Origin: Psammoneis japonica | Lineage: Eukaryota | Reading direction: 5' to 3' | NCBI GenBank assembly: GCA_008632985.1 | Contig: QPGO01000019.1 | Span: forward strand, 372,001-436,000 | DNA length: 64,000 nucleotides | Shown: one piece after another, positions 37,348 to 50,898 of the stretch | Position numbering within the stretch: the stretch's first letter is position 1 | How the letters are laid out: each line of letters starts with the position of its first letter | The notes under the pieces: generated by a model | Seen by the model: the letters and a program-made list of their open reading frames with translations, nothing else | What the model was told of the DNA's origin: nothing | Database searches by the model: none | Made by a program: the position numbers and the translations under genes

Positions 37348-40300
37348 ATGCCCACACTTGAAACAATGGGGCCGAAAAGCCAGTCAAGTCCTTCGCGTCT
37401 GAAGAAGTTGAAGCAAAATGCATCGAGGCCGACGCCCCACCCCTTGAACAAGTGCACGAAAGAGGGTGAAGCGGAGCGACGTAGAAAGCAAAAGGAAATT
37501 GACGAAGCTAACAAATTCAAATGGAGGTGCGATCAGTGCAAGAAAAGCAAGAAGATTCGTGAAAAAGTCACAACTCGGGTTGACTTCGGAACGAAAACGT
37601 GCAAACGGTGTGTCGCAGGGCCGGGTTGCAAGAAGGGTCACGACGACATGTGCCATGAGAATCCAAATGCTTCAAATTACAAGCCACCAGAGAAAATTGT
37701 TGCTCAAGTTCTGAAAGAGGCAGAGCCAGATTTCCTCATGGCACTGCCACAAGATTGCAGAAACAATCTCATCGCGAGGAGCCTTTTGGAAAGATCTTTT
37801 TTCTCTTCGCCGGAGGGAAGTGCAGAAAGTGCACAAGAAGCATTTTTCGATGTGTCTGAGTCCTTGGCAGATTCTAATCCACCCAGTGACAACAACAATT
37901 CAGCTGGGGATGCTCTCAGCAGCGTTGAATCCAAGGATGCATTGAAGCCGTTGCTGTGCAAGAAAATGACTGCGTCGCATCTAAAAAAAGCGACACCCGC
38001 CGTGATGTCGACGTGGAGCACAAGCAAGAAAGAGCAACTCGCTCAAGACAACATAAAAGTGCCGCTTCCAATTTTGGCATTGCTGGAATTCATTCACATG
38101 CAATGCCCAAGAGTTTGCACCGACTCCAATGGCGCCAAGAAGCTTGGTGGAGGTGAACAACGCATTTCTTGGTGCCGCGACCACTTTCCGCGTGGAAATG
38201 TTGCGTTCACGGCACCGTTGGCGGGTAGGAAAGAAAATGAAGTTCCCGACCCAACGCATGAGTCCATTCAAGGCTCAACAACATGTTTGACTCGGTGGGA
38301 ACTGAACATGCCAGACTTGCCATTGAAGTGTTTTTCATGCAGCGACGGATTTCTGGAGCACACGAGGGTGGAGTGCGGCGGCACCAGGTTTGCAAGCAGC
38401 GCGACGCCCGTTTTCAGAACAAAAGGTCACATGGGTTGGGAGCACGGCATCACATGCAAGTGCTCCAATTGTGGAGAGCTTGTCAAGTCGTGTGATGGTA
38501 GACTGCTGCGTTGTTCTCTACAAGACTGCGCACGTCGAAGCTTCCCAGTAGATCCCTTGTGTTGCTCGAAGCCATCCTTCTTCTTGCTTCACGAAGAGGT
38601 GTCCTTTCTGCTGGAGGAGGCTGCTCTAACAGAATCAAGTGCACAGTGGGTGTCACGAACGCTCTTCCGAAGTCAAAACCATCGGCACGAAGAACTGGAA
38701 CTGTCACATTGCAGCTCTGACAAGAGTTGCGAGGACAAACCTTTTCCAGACTTTCCATCAATTGAAGAGTGGCGAGGACAGTGTCCGCCATCAAGTGCTC
38801 AGTTGCCAGATCTTTGCAAAGCAGCCAACTCCTCCGATCTCACCGCGTGTGGCGTGAGCGACGACGACCGTCACAAGAGAGAAATGCAGTCATGCGGCTG
38901 CGAAACTTCTACAGCCTTCGATCATACCCACGCAATGTTGAGCAACTACCCATCATCACTGGGCGCTCAAGCTTGTGCCACTCAGTCAACTGATGCGGGA
39001 TTCATTGCCTGGCTTGGACTTGTCGACTCTACCGCAATGTCAGACAGTGCCCACCACATCGAGCAAACTGCAAGACGGCCAAACTTTAACCCGAAGCATG
39101 TGCACACGGATGCATGGCCCAATCTTGATCCATTCTTCAAGATGACACACGGATTTGCAACAATCGGTCGACTTGGCTCATTCCATGCAATTCAGCGCGT
39201 CACCAAGTTCATGCGGAAAGATCACAAGGATTTCAACAAAGCTCTCTGCTCTTTCTTGAGCTGCCTGCACAGTCTGAACCAAGAGGATGAAGCAACCGTA
39301 GTGGCAACACTGCGAGACGGGACAATGAATGGCCGCATCCACCAGCCTGATGAGATCTCGGATTTGCAGCACAGCAAGAAGTGGATGGACCGCTGTGGGC
39401 AGTGCATCCGAAAGATTCCTGTTCCAGGAGAGCTCGCGAGGATTAAGTTGAGGGACTGGTGGTGCCCACACAAAGTGAGCAACAGTGATGGTGAGCCAGC
39501 AGGACAAGGAGAGCTGGACAATGGAAAAACCCTGTTCATGGAAGGAGCGAGACAAGCAGTGAGAGCGTTGACGGAAAAAGCTCAGCATCTGCCAGAGATT
39601 GTTGGCGACTGCCACAAGAAACTCACCGCATTTGCCCGATCGAAACACAAACTACCGCGACACATTTCTGAAAAGGGTGAGTCTTCATTGGAGAAGTTTC
39701 ACCATCTGCTAGCTCATTTTGGAAACATGGGCATGCGGCGAACGCTCGCCGACAGTTTGAACCTCCGCGGCACGTGTCGATGCAATCTCAAGCTGTGGCA
39801 CAAACTGTTCGGAAGAAATGCACCCGAGATCCCAAGCCATTTTCAAACTGAACCCATTCATCACAACCATCTCAAGTTGCTAGAGATCAACCGGAGGTCC
39901 GCCAAGCATGGATCCAAAGCACCGCGGCATGAGAATCTACGAGATTGCCCGGAGTGCAGGGGCGAAGAGTTTTTGTCCGAGCACCTTTTGTCGCAAAGAA
40001 AGAGACGAGCACAACATCCACCCCATCCAACCAACAGTCGCTGCCAATGCCCCAAATGTGCTGCAAATCCGATGCCTCTTCCTCACATCCAACGAGCCAT
40101 TTCACGTGAGCAGTCGGCGGCATCTGCAGTGGCGCCAAATGAAACGGCACCTGTGAACAATGACACTGGTGACTTTGACGCTGCTGAGTTTGGTGTCGAC
40201 TTTGATGAGCAAGAGTGTCATTCTGTGTTTGAAGACACTCCTCCTCAAGAGCAACTTCCCCAAGAAACACGAATGATCCGCGACTTCGCCGTGCAGGACG

Positions 40301-40668
40301 CCTTCCAAAGGCATCAAGAATTGAATTCCGCACCGCCTGCCCCAATCCTCCCCATGCCGGCACCAGCTCTGCCATTGCTGCCTCTGCTGCCTGTTCCTGT
40401 AACAAATTTGCCAATGTCATTGCAGCAACCTTTGGGCCCACCCACTGTTGCGTCGTCGATGCCACATTCAACCTGCTGCCAACCCGTTTCTCTTGGGACA
40501 GCGAGTTTTGCAGCATCTGCTCCTGTGCTGCCATCCGCTGTCACTCCAGCTACAAAGAGACGAAAGGTCAAAGAAGAAGAACACTGCTGTGAGGGAAGAA
40601 AAAATCATGTCGAAAATGGTCGTCGGGGGCGGGTCGCTCATGCCTTGTGGTGCAACCGAGGAAAGTAA
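37348..40668 (+). pseudogene. Putative DDE transposase (unit 1); frame open but Tyr codons almost all mutated
   Basis: Motifs FDHTH, HTDAWP, RLGSFHAIQR and KGESSLEKFH suggest D-D-(xxH)-E order (Dada/MULE-like, tentative). I find only two Tyr in 1106 aa. Confidence 0.6.
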
Positions 40669-40939
40669 GGCGTTCTTGGTGTCTTTTTGTTTTGTTCTTT
40701 TTTCCATTTGTGTTGGTGCACATCACATTGCCACTTCCCAGCATAGATGCATTAATTCAGGATTGGGATCCAACACAGTGGCAACAAACATTTTACACTT
40801 GTACAATTACACCGGTCCACCACACCAACCATCACCGCGCCGCACCGACCAACACCAACGGCACGGACAGCACGGACACCAAGGTCCCATAAAGCCGGTA
40901 GCCTGTCGCAGCCCCACAGCAGAAACAAAGGAACAGAAA

Positions 40940-41400
40940 CAACAAAATTGAGAACACGACAACAAAGAAACAGACCCATGACACTCGACACATTTCTGTT
41001 GCCTCACATCAATGCTTTTGGAGTGCCCTCGTGGTGCTTGTGGTTGATTGCACTAAGCAACACTGTCGGCCGAAAACAAAACAAAACACTGTCCAATTAA
41101 AAGGAACAGAAACAACAGAAATGTAGAAGGTGCCATCAAAGAAACAACCCCATCATGCTCGACACATTCATGTCACCTTGTCTTAATGATTTCGGTGCAT
41201 CCTCACAGTCCTTGTGGTTCATTGTCAGCAGCAATCTTGTCGGCGGCAGAAAACAAAACTCAAAACACACGCTCCATTTAAACACAATGGAAACAAAAGA
41301 AATTTAGGAGACACCAACAAAAAAATACAACCATCACACTCAACACAGTCTTTGCACCTTACATCAATGCTGTTGACCCTCGCATCGTCACAGTGATGGT
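40940..41400. repeat. Diverged ~180-bp subterminal repeats (about 2.5 copies, present in each array unit)
   Basis: Recurring ccatca..ctcRacaca...Yaatg...ttgtggtt.attg...tgtcggc..aaaacaaaac blocks. Confidence 0.6.
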
Positions 41401-41939
41401 CGATTCATGAACGGAGCCAGTCGCCATTGTGCTGCGAAGGTTCGAGGGTGGTGCGGTAAGTGCGCGTGAGGATTTTTCCTGCTGCATGCAGTGTCTTTTC
41501 TGTCTGTCCGTTAGCGAGTGGTCTTAAACGTTGCTGAGTCATAAATGGCTTGAAGACAAAATTGTTCTTAAATGTTGCATCGTCACAATTGGGGATTGCT
41601 GAGTCATAATTCACTGAAGGCATGATGTGATTGGCTGAAAATACAGCGCACAAGAATGGGACAACGGAAAGAGATTTTGCGGGGGGGGGGCGCTGTTTTT
41701 ACTTAAGGCCCCCCCCACGAAATTCAACCTCATTTGAGCACCTGTGACATCCCCCCCCCCTCATGCAAAAAATCCGTAGAAGTGACAGTCGTCATCGCGC
41801 GCCATCTTTTTGGCCTTTTTCTGGAACGCTTTTCATGACAACGACCCTCATCGTTGTTGCAAGTGCGCACTTCATGCTTCATTGACACCTTTCCTTTTCA
41901 ACAAGGGTTTGTCAAGAGCCCCTTTGTGTTCTCATTGCC

Positions 41940-44900
41940 ATGCCCACACTTGAAACAATGGGGCCGAAAAGCCAGTCAAGTCCTTCGCGTCTGAAGAAGT
42001 TGAAGCAAAATGCATCGAGGCCGACGCCCCACCCCTTGAACAAGTGCACGAAAGAGGGTGAAGCGGAGCGACGTAGAAAGCAAAAGGAAATTGACGAAGC
42101 TAACAAATCCAAATGGAGGTGCGATCAGTGCAAGAAAAGCAAGAAGATTCGTGAAAAAGTCACAACTCGGGTTGACTTCGGAACGAAAACGTGCAAACGG
42201 TGTGTCACAGGGCCGGGTTGCAAGAAGGGTCACGACGACACGTGCCATGAGAATCCAAATGCTTCAAATTACAAGCCACCAGAGAAAATTGTTGCTCAAG
42301 TTCTGAAAGAGGCAGAGCCAGATTTCCTCATGGCACTGCCACAAGATTGCAGAAACAATCTCATCGCGAGGAGCCTTTTGGAAAGATCTTTTTTCTCTTC
42401 GCCGGAAGGAAGTGCAGAAAGTGCACAAGAAGCATTTTTCGATGTGTCTGAGTCCTTGGCAGATTCTAATCCACCCAGTGACAACAACAATTCAGTTGGG
42501 GATGCTCTCAGCAGCGTTGAATCCAAGGATGCATTGAAGCCGTTGCTGTGCAAGAAAATGACTGCGTCGCATCTAAAAAAAGCGACACCCGCCGTGATGT
42601 CGACGTGGAGCACAAGCAAGAAAGAGCAACTCGCTCAAGACAACATAAAAGTGCCGCTTCCAATTTTGGCATTGCTGGAATTCATTCACATGCAATGCCC
42701 AAGAGTTTGCACCGACTCCAATGGCGCCAAGAAGCTTGGTGGAGGTGAACAACGCATTTCTTGGTGCCGCGACCACTTTCCGCGTGGAAATGTTGCGTTC
42801 ACGGCACCGTTGGCGGGTGGGAAAGAAAATGAAGTTCCCGACCCAACGCATGAGTCCATTCAAGGCTCAACAACATGTTTGACTCGGTGGGAACTGAACA
42901 TGCCAGACTTGCCATTGAAGTGTTTTTCATGCAGCGACGGATTTCTGGAGCACACGAGGGTAGAGTGCGGCGGCACCAGGTTTGCAAGCAGTGCGACGCC
43001 CGTTTTCAGAACAAAAGGTCACACGGGTTGGGAGCACGGCATCACATGCAAGTGCTCTAATTGTGGAGAGCTTGTCAAGTCGTGTGATGGTAGACTGCTG
43101 CGTTGTTCTCCACAAGACTGCGCACGTCGAAGCTTCCCAGCAGATCCCTTGTGTTGCTCGAAGCCATCCTTCTTCTTGCTTCACGAAGAGGTGTCCTTTC
43201 TGCTGGAGGAGGCTGCTCTAACAGAATCAAGTGCACAGTGGGTGTCACGAATGCTCTTCTGAAGTCAAAACCATCGGCACGAAGAACTGGAACTGTCACA
43301 TTGCAGCTCTGACAAGAGTTGCGAGGACAAACCTTTTCCAGACTTTCCATCAATTGAAGAGTGGCGAGGACAGTGTCCGCCATCAAGTGCTCAGTTGCTG
43401 GATCTTTCGATCTCACTGCGTGTGGCGTGAGCGACGACGACCGTCACAAGAGAGAAATGCAGTCATGCGGCTGCGAAACTTCTGCAGCCTTCGATCACAC
43501 CCACGCAATGTTGAGCAACTACCCATCATCACTGGGCGCTCAAGCTTGTGCCACTCAGTCAACTGATGCGGGACTCATTGCCTGGCTTGGACTTGTCGAC
43601 TCTACCGCAATGTCAGACAGTGCCCACGGCATCGAGCAAACTGCAAGACGGCCAAACTTTAACCCGAAGCATGTGCACACGGATGCATGGCCCAATCTTG
43701 ATCCATTCTTCAAGATGACACACGGATTTGCAACAATCGGTCGACTTGGCTCATTCCATGCAATTCAGCGCATCACCAAGTTCATGCAGAAAGATCACAA
43801 GGATTTCAACAAAGCTCTCCGCTCTTTCTTGAGCTGCCTGTGCAGTCTGAACCAAGAGGATGAAGCAGCCGTAGTGGCAACACTGCGAGACGGGACAATG
43901 AATGGCCGCATCCACCAGCCTGATGAGATCTCGGATTTGCAGCACAGCAAGAAGTGGATGGACCGCTGTGGGCAGTGCATCCGAAAGATTCCTGTTCCAG
44001 GAGAGCTTGCGAGGATTAAGTTGAGGGACTGGTGGTGCCCACACAAAGTGAGCAACAGTGATGGTGAGCCAGCAGGACAAGGAGAGCTGGACAATGGAAA
44101 AACCCTGTTCATGGAAGGAGCGAGACAAGCAGTGAGAGCGTTGACAGAAAAAGCTCAGCATCTGCCAGAGGTTGTTGGCGACTGCTGCAAGAAACTCACC
44201 GCATCTGCCCGATCGAAACACAAACTACCACGACACATTTCTGAAAAGGGCGAGTCTTCATTGGAGAAGTTTCACCATCTGCTGGCTCATTTTGGAAACA
44301 TGGGCATGTGGCGAACGCTCGCCGACAGTTTGAACCTCCGCGGCACGTGTCGATGCAATCTCAAGCTGTGGCACAAACCATTCGGAAGAAATGCACCCGA
44401 GATCCCAAGCCATTTTCAAACTGAACCCATTCATTACAACCATCTCAAGTTGCTAGAGATCAACCGGAGGTCCGCCAAGCATGGATCCAAAGCACCGCGG
44501 CATGAGAATCTACGAGATTGCCTGGAGTGCAGGGGCGAAGAGTTTTTGTCCGAGCACCTTTTGTCGCAAAGAAAGAGACGAGCACAACATCCACCCCATC
44601 CAACCAACAGTCGCTGCCAATGCCCCAAATGTGCTGCAAATCCGATGCCTCTTCCTCACATCCAACGAGCCATTTCACGTGAGCAGTCGGCGGCATCTGC
44701 AGTGGCGCCAAATGAAACGGCACCTGTGAACAATGACACTGGTGACTTTGACGCTGCTGAGTTTGGTGTCGACTTTGATGAGCAAGAGTGTCATTCTGTG
44801 TTTGAAGACACTCCTCCTCAAGAGCAACTTCCCCAAGAAACACGAATGATCCGTGACTTCGCCGCACAGGACGCCTTCCAAAGGCACCAAGAATTGAACT

Positions 44901-45241
44901 CCGTGCCGCCTGCCCCAATCCTCCCCATGCCGGCACCAGCTCTGCCATTGCTGCCTCTGCTGCCTGTTCCTGCAACAAATTTGCCAATGTCATTGCAGCA
45001 ACCTTTGGGCCCACCCACTGTTGCGTCATCGATGCCATGTTCAACCTGCTGCCAACCCGTTTCTCTTGGGACAGCGAGTTTTGCAGCATCTGCTCCTGTG
45101 CTGCCATCCGCTGTCACTCCAGCTACAAAGAGACGAAAGGTCAAAGAAGAAGAACACTGCTGTGAGGGAAGAAAAAATCATGTCGAAAATGGTCGTCGGG
45201 GGCGGGTCGCTCATGCCTTGTGGTGCAACCGAGGAAAGTAA
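41940..45241 (+). pseudogene. Putative transposase (unit 2), disrupted
   Basis: CGA->TGA at 43260-43262 and a 19-bp deletion near 43407 relative to unit 1. Confidence 0.7.
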
Positions 45242-46510
45242 GGCGTTCTTGGCATCTTTTTGTTTTGTTCTTTTTTCCATTTGTGTTGGTGCACATCACA
45301 TTGCCACTTCCCAGCGCAGATGCATTAATTCAGGATTAGGATCCAACACAGTGGCAACAAACATTTTACACTTGTGCAATTACACCGGTCCACCACACCA
45401 ACCATTGCCGCACCGTACCGACCAACATTAACGGCACGGACAGCACGGACACCGAGGTCCCATAAAGCCGGCAGCCTGTCGCAGCCCCACAGCAGAAACA
45501 AAGGAACAGAAACAACAAAATTGAGAACACGACAACAAAGAAACAGACCCATGACACTCGACACATTTCTGTCACCTTATGTCAATGCTTTTGGAGTGCC
45601 CTCGTGGTGCTTGTGGTTGATTGCATTTAAGCAACACTGTCGGCCGAAAACAAAACAAAACACTGTCCAATTAAAAGGAATGGAAACAACAGAAATGTAG
45701 AAGGTGCCATCAAAGAAACAACCCCATCATACTCGACATATTCATATTACCTTGTCTTAATGATTTCGGTGCGTCCTCACAGTCCTTGTGGTTCATTGTT
45801 AGCAGCAATCTTGTCGGCGGCAGAAAACAAAACTCAAAACACACGCTCCATTTAAACACAATGGAAACAAAAGAAATTTAGGAGACACCAACAAAAAATA
45901 CAACCATCATACTCAACACAGTCTTTATACCTTATGTCAATGCTGTTAACCCTCGTATCGTCACAGTGATGGTCGATTCATGAACGGAGCTAGTCGCCAT
46001 TGTGCTGCGACGGTTCGAGGGTGGTACGGTAAGTGCGCGTGAGGATTTTTCCTACTGCATGCAGTGTCTTTTCTGTCTGTCCGTTAGCGAGTGGTCTTAA
46101 ACGTTGCTGAGTCATAAATGGCTTGAAGACAAAATTATTCTTAAATGTTGCATCGTCATAATTGGGGATTGCTGAGTCATAATTCACTGAAGGCATGATG
46201 TGATTGGCTGAAAATACAGCGTACAAGAATGGGACAACGGAAAGAGATTTTGCGGGGGGGGGGCGCTGTTTTTACTTAAGGCCCCCCCACGAAATTCAAC
46301 CTCATTTAAGCACCTGTGACATCCCCCCCCCTCACACAAAAAATCCGTAGAAGTGACAGTCGTCGTCGCGCGCCATCTTTTTGGCCTTTTTCTGGAACGC
46401 TTTTCATGACAACGACCCTCATCGTTGTTGCAAGTGCGTGCTTCATACTTCATTGACACCTTTCCTTTTCAACAAGGGTTTGTCAAGAGCCCCTTTGTGC
46501 TCTCATTGCC

Positions 46511-49500
46511 ACGCCCACACTTGAAACAATGGGGCCGAAAAGCCAGTCAAGTCCTTCGCGTCTGAAGAAGTTGAAGCAAAATGCATCGAGGCCGACGCCC
46601 CACCCCTTGAACAAGTGCACGAAAGAGGGTGAAGCGGAGCGACGTAGAAAGCAAAAGGAAATTGACGAAGCTAACAAATTCAAATGGAGGTGCGATCAGT
46701 GCAAGAAAAGCAAGAAGATTCGTGAAAAAGTCACAACTCGGGTTGACTTCGGAACGAAAACATGCAAACGGTGTGTCACAGGGCCGGGTTGCAAGAAGGG
46801 TCACGACGACACGTGCCATGAGAATCCAAATGCTTCAAATTACAAGCCACCAGAGAAAATTGTTGCTCAAGTTCTGAAAGAGGCAGAGCCAGATTTCCTC
46901 ATGGCACTGCCACAAGATTGCACAAACAATCTCATCGCGAGGAGCCTTTTGGAAAGATCTTTTTTCTCTTCGCCGGAGGGAAGTGCAGAAAGTGCACAAG
47001 AAGCATTTTTCGATGTGTCTGAGTCCTTGGCAGATTCCAATCCACCCAGTGACAACAACAATTCAGCTGGGGATGCTCTCAGCAGCGTTGAATCCAAGGA
47101 TGCATTGAAGCCGTTGCTGTGCAAGAAAATGACTGCGTCGCATCTAAAAAAAGCGACACCCGCCGTGATGTCGACGTGGAGCACAAGCAAGAAAGAGCAA
47201 CTCGCTCAAGACAACATAAAAGTGCCGCCTCCAATTTTGGCATTGCAGGAATTCATTCACATGCAATGCCCAAGAGTTTGCACCGACTCCAATGGCGCCA
47301 AGAAGCTTGGTGGAGGTGAACAACGCATTTCTTGGTGCCGCGACCACTTTCCGTGTGGAAATGTTGCGTTCACGGCACCGTTGGCGGGTGGGAAAGAAAA
47401 TGAAGTTCCCGACCCAACGCATGAGTCCATTCAAGGCTCAACAACATGTTTGACTCGGTGGGAACTGAACATGCCAGACTTGCCATTGAAGTGTTTTTCA
47501 TGCAGCGACGGATTTCTGGAGCACACGAGGGTAGAGTGCGGCGGCACCAGGTTTGCAAGCAGCGCGATGCCCGTTTTCAGAACAAAAGGTCACATGGGTT
47601 GGGAGCACGGCATCACATGCAAGTGCTCCAATTGTGGAGAGCTTGTCAAGTCGTGTGATGGTGGACTGCTGCGTTGTTCTCTACAAGACTGCACACGTCG
47701 AAGCTTCCCAGTAGATCCCTTGTGTTGCTCGAAGCCATCCTTCTTCTTGCTTCACGAAGAGGTGTCCTTTCTGCTGGAGGAGGCTGCTCTGACAGAATCA
47801 AGTGCACAGTGGGTGTCACGAACGCTCTTCTGAAGTCAAAACCATTGGCACGAAGAACTGGAACTGTCACATTGCAGCTCTGACAAGAGTTGCGAGGACA
47901 AACCTTTTCCAGACTTTCCATCAATTGAAGAGTGGCGAGGACAGTGTCTGCCATCAAGTGCTCAGTTGCCAGATCTTTGCAAAGCAGCCAACTCCTCCGA
48001 TCTCACCGCGTGTGGCGTGAGCGACGACGACCGTCACAAGAGAGAAATGCAGTCATGCGGCTGCGAAACTTCTACAGCCTTCGATCATGCCCATGCAATG
48101 TTGAGCAACTACCCATCATCACTGGGCGCTCAAGCTTGTGCCACTCAGTCAACTGATGCGGGATTCATTGCCTGGCTTGGACTTGTCGACTCTGCCGCAA
48201 TGTCAGACAGTGCCCACCACATCGAGCAAACTGCAAGACGGCCAAACTTTAACCCGAAGCATGTGCACACGGATGCATGGCCCAATCTTGATCCATTCTT
48301 CAAGATGACACACGGATTTGCAACAATCGGTCGACTTGGCTCATTCCATGCAATTCAGCACGTCACCAAGTTCATGCGGAAAGATCACAAGGATTTCAAC
48401 AAAGCTCTCTGCTCTTTCTTGAGCTGCCTGTACAGTCTGAACCAAGAGGATGAAGCAGCCGCAGTGGCAACACTGCGAGACGGGACAATGAATGGCCGCA
48501 TCCACCAGCCTGATGAGATCTCGGATTTGCAGCACAGCAAGAAGTGGATGGACCGCTGTGGGCAGTGCATCCGAAAGATTCCTGTTCCAGGAGAGCTCGC
48601 GAGGATTAAGTTGAGGGACTGGTGGTGCCCACACAAAGTGAGCAACAGTGATGGTGAGCCAGCAGGACAAGGAGAGCTGGACAATGGAAAAACCCTGTTC
48701 ATGGAAGGAGCGAGACAAGCAGTGAGAGCATTGACGGAAAAAGCTCAGCATCTGCCAGAGATTGTTGGCGACTGCTGCAAGAAACTCACCGCATCTGCCC
48801 GATCGAAACACAAACTACCGCGACACATTTCTGAAAAGGGCGAGTCTTCATTGGAGAAGTTTCACCATCTGCTGGCTCATTTTGGAAACATGGGCATGTG
48901 GCGAACGCTCGCCGACAGTTTGAACCTCCGCGGCACGTCTCGATGCAATCTCAAGCTGTGGCACAAACCATTCGGAAGAAATGCACCCGAGATCCCAAGC
49001 CATTTTCAAACTGAACCCATTCATTGCAACCATCTCAAGTTGCTAGAGATCAACCGGAGGTCCGCCAAGCATGGATCCAAAGCACCGCGGCATGAGAATC
49101 TACGAGATTGCCCGGAGTGCAGGGGCGAAGAGTTTTTGTCCGAGCACCTTTTGTCGCAAAGAAAGAGATGAGCACAACATCCACCCCATCCAACCAACAG
49201 TCGCTGCCAATGCCCCAAATGTGCTGCAAATCCGATGCCTCTTCCTCACATCCAACGAGCCATTTCACGTGAGCAGTCGGCGGCATCTGCAGTGGCGCCA
49301 AATGAAACGGCACCTGTGAACAATGACCTGGTGACTTTGACGCTGCTGAGTTTGGTGTTGACTTTGATGAGCAAGAGTGTCATTCTGTGTTTGAAGACAC
49401 TCCTCCTCAAGAGCAACTTCCCCAAGAAACACGAATGATCCGCGACTTCGCCACACAGGACGCCTTCCAAAGGCACCAAGAATTGAATTCCGTGCCGCCT

Positions 49501-49830
49501 GCCCCAATCCTCCCCATGCCGGCACCAGCTCTGCCATTGCTGCCTCTGCTGCCTGTTCCTGCAACAAATTTGCCAATGTCATTGCAGCAACCTTTGGGCC
49601 CACCCACTGTTGCGTCGTCGATGCCATGTTCAACCTGCTGCCAACCCGTTTCTCTTGGGACAGCGAGTTTTGCAGCATCTGCTCCTGTGCTGCCATCCGC
49701 TGTCACTCCAGCTACAAAGAGACGAAAGGTCAAAGAAGAAGAACACTGCTGTGAGGGAAGAAAAAATCATGTCGAAAATGGTCGTCGGGGGCGGGTCACT
49801 CATGCCTTGTGGTGCAACCGAGGAAAGCAA
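46511..49830 (+). pseudogene. Putative transposase (unit 3), disrupted
   Basis: TGA at 47831 (shared with unit 2), TGA at 49169, a 1-bp deletion near 49327, and terminal TAA->CAA at 49828. Confidence 0.7.
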
Positions 49831-50898
49831 GGCGTTCTTGGCATCTTTTTGTTTTGTTCTTTTTTCCATTTGTGTTGGTGCACATCACATTGCCACTTCC
49901 CAGCGTGGATGCATTAATTCAGGATTAGGATCCAACACAGTGGCAACAAACATTTTACACTTGTACAATTACACCGGTCCACCACACCAACCATTGCCGC
50001 ACCGCACCGACCAACATTGACGGCACGGACAGCACGGACACCGAGGTCCCATAAAGCCGGCAGCCTGTCGCAGCCCTGCAGCAGAAACAAAGGAACAGAA
50101 ACAACAAAATTGAGAACACGACAACAAAGAAACAGACCCATGACACTCGACACATTTCTGTTGCCTTACATCAATGCTTTTGGAGTGCCCTCGTGGTGCT
50201 TGTGGTTGATTGCATTGAGCAACACTGTCGGCCGAAAACAAAACAAAACACTGTCCAATTAAAAGGAATGGAAACAACAGAAATGTAGAAGGTGCCATCA
50301 AAGAAACAACCCCATCATACTCGACACATTCATATTACCTTGTCTTAATGATTTCGGTGCGTCCTCACAGTCCTTATGGTTCATTGTTAGCAGCAATCTT
50401 GTCGGCGGCAGAAAACAAAACTCAAAACACACGCTCCATTTAAACACAATGGAAACAAAAGAAATTTAGGAGACACCAACAAAAAAATACAACCATCATA
50501 CTCAACACAGTCTTTATACCTTATATCAATGCTGTCAACCCTCGTATCGTCACAGTGATGGTCGATTCATGAACGGAGCTAGTCGCCATTGTGCTGCGAC
50601 GGTTCGAGGGTGGTACGGTAAGTGCGCGTGAGGATTTTTCCTACTGCATGCAGTGTCTTTTCTGTCTGTCCGTTAGCGAGTGGTCTTAAACGTTGCTGAG
50701 TCATAAATGGCTTGAAGACAAAATTATTCTTAAATGTTGCATCGTCATAATTGGGGATTGCTGAGTCATAATTCACTGAAGGCATGATGTGATTGGCTGA
50801 AAATACAGCGTACAAGAATGGGACAACGGAAAGACCTCAAACATAAAGTTTATTAAAGACTAAATAACATATAAATTTGGGTGTTCGCAAAGATTTGA

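Larger units (their letters stand above)
37083..50834 (+). mobile_element. Head-to-tail array of three ~4.6-kb units (37083-41672, 41673-46245, 46246-50834), each with a transposase-like ORF
   Basis: Each unit starts gattttgcggggggggg and ends aagaatgggacaacggaaaga. The copies are near-identical but carry copy-specific substitutions and indels. Confidence 0.92.

Noticed and set aside
37348..40668. Alternative genetic code or a genuine Cys/His-rich metalloprotein
   Set aside because: Neighbouring host genes use Tyr normally. The same positions vary Y/C/H among copies, and non-coding DNA shows the same bias.
37083..50834. Assembly artefact producing the triplication
   Set aside because: The units carry distinct, context-biased substitutions and a 19-bp deletion, unlike random read error. 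Long reads would still be needed to confirm copy number.
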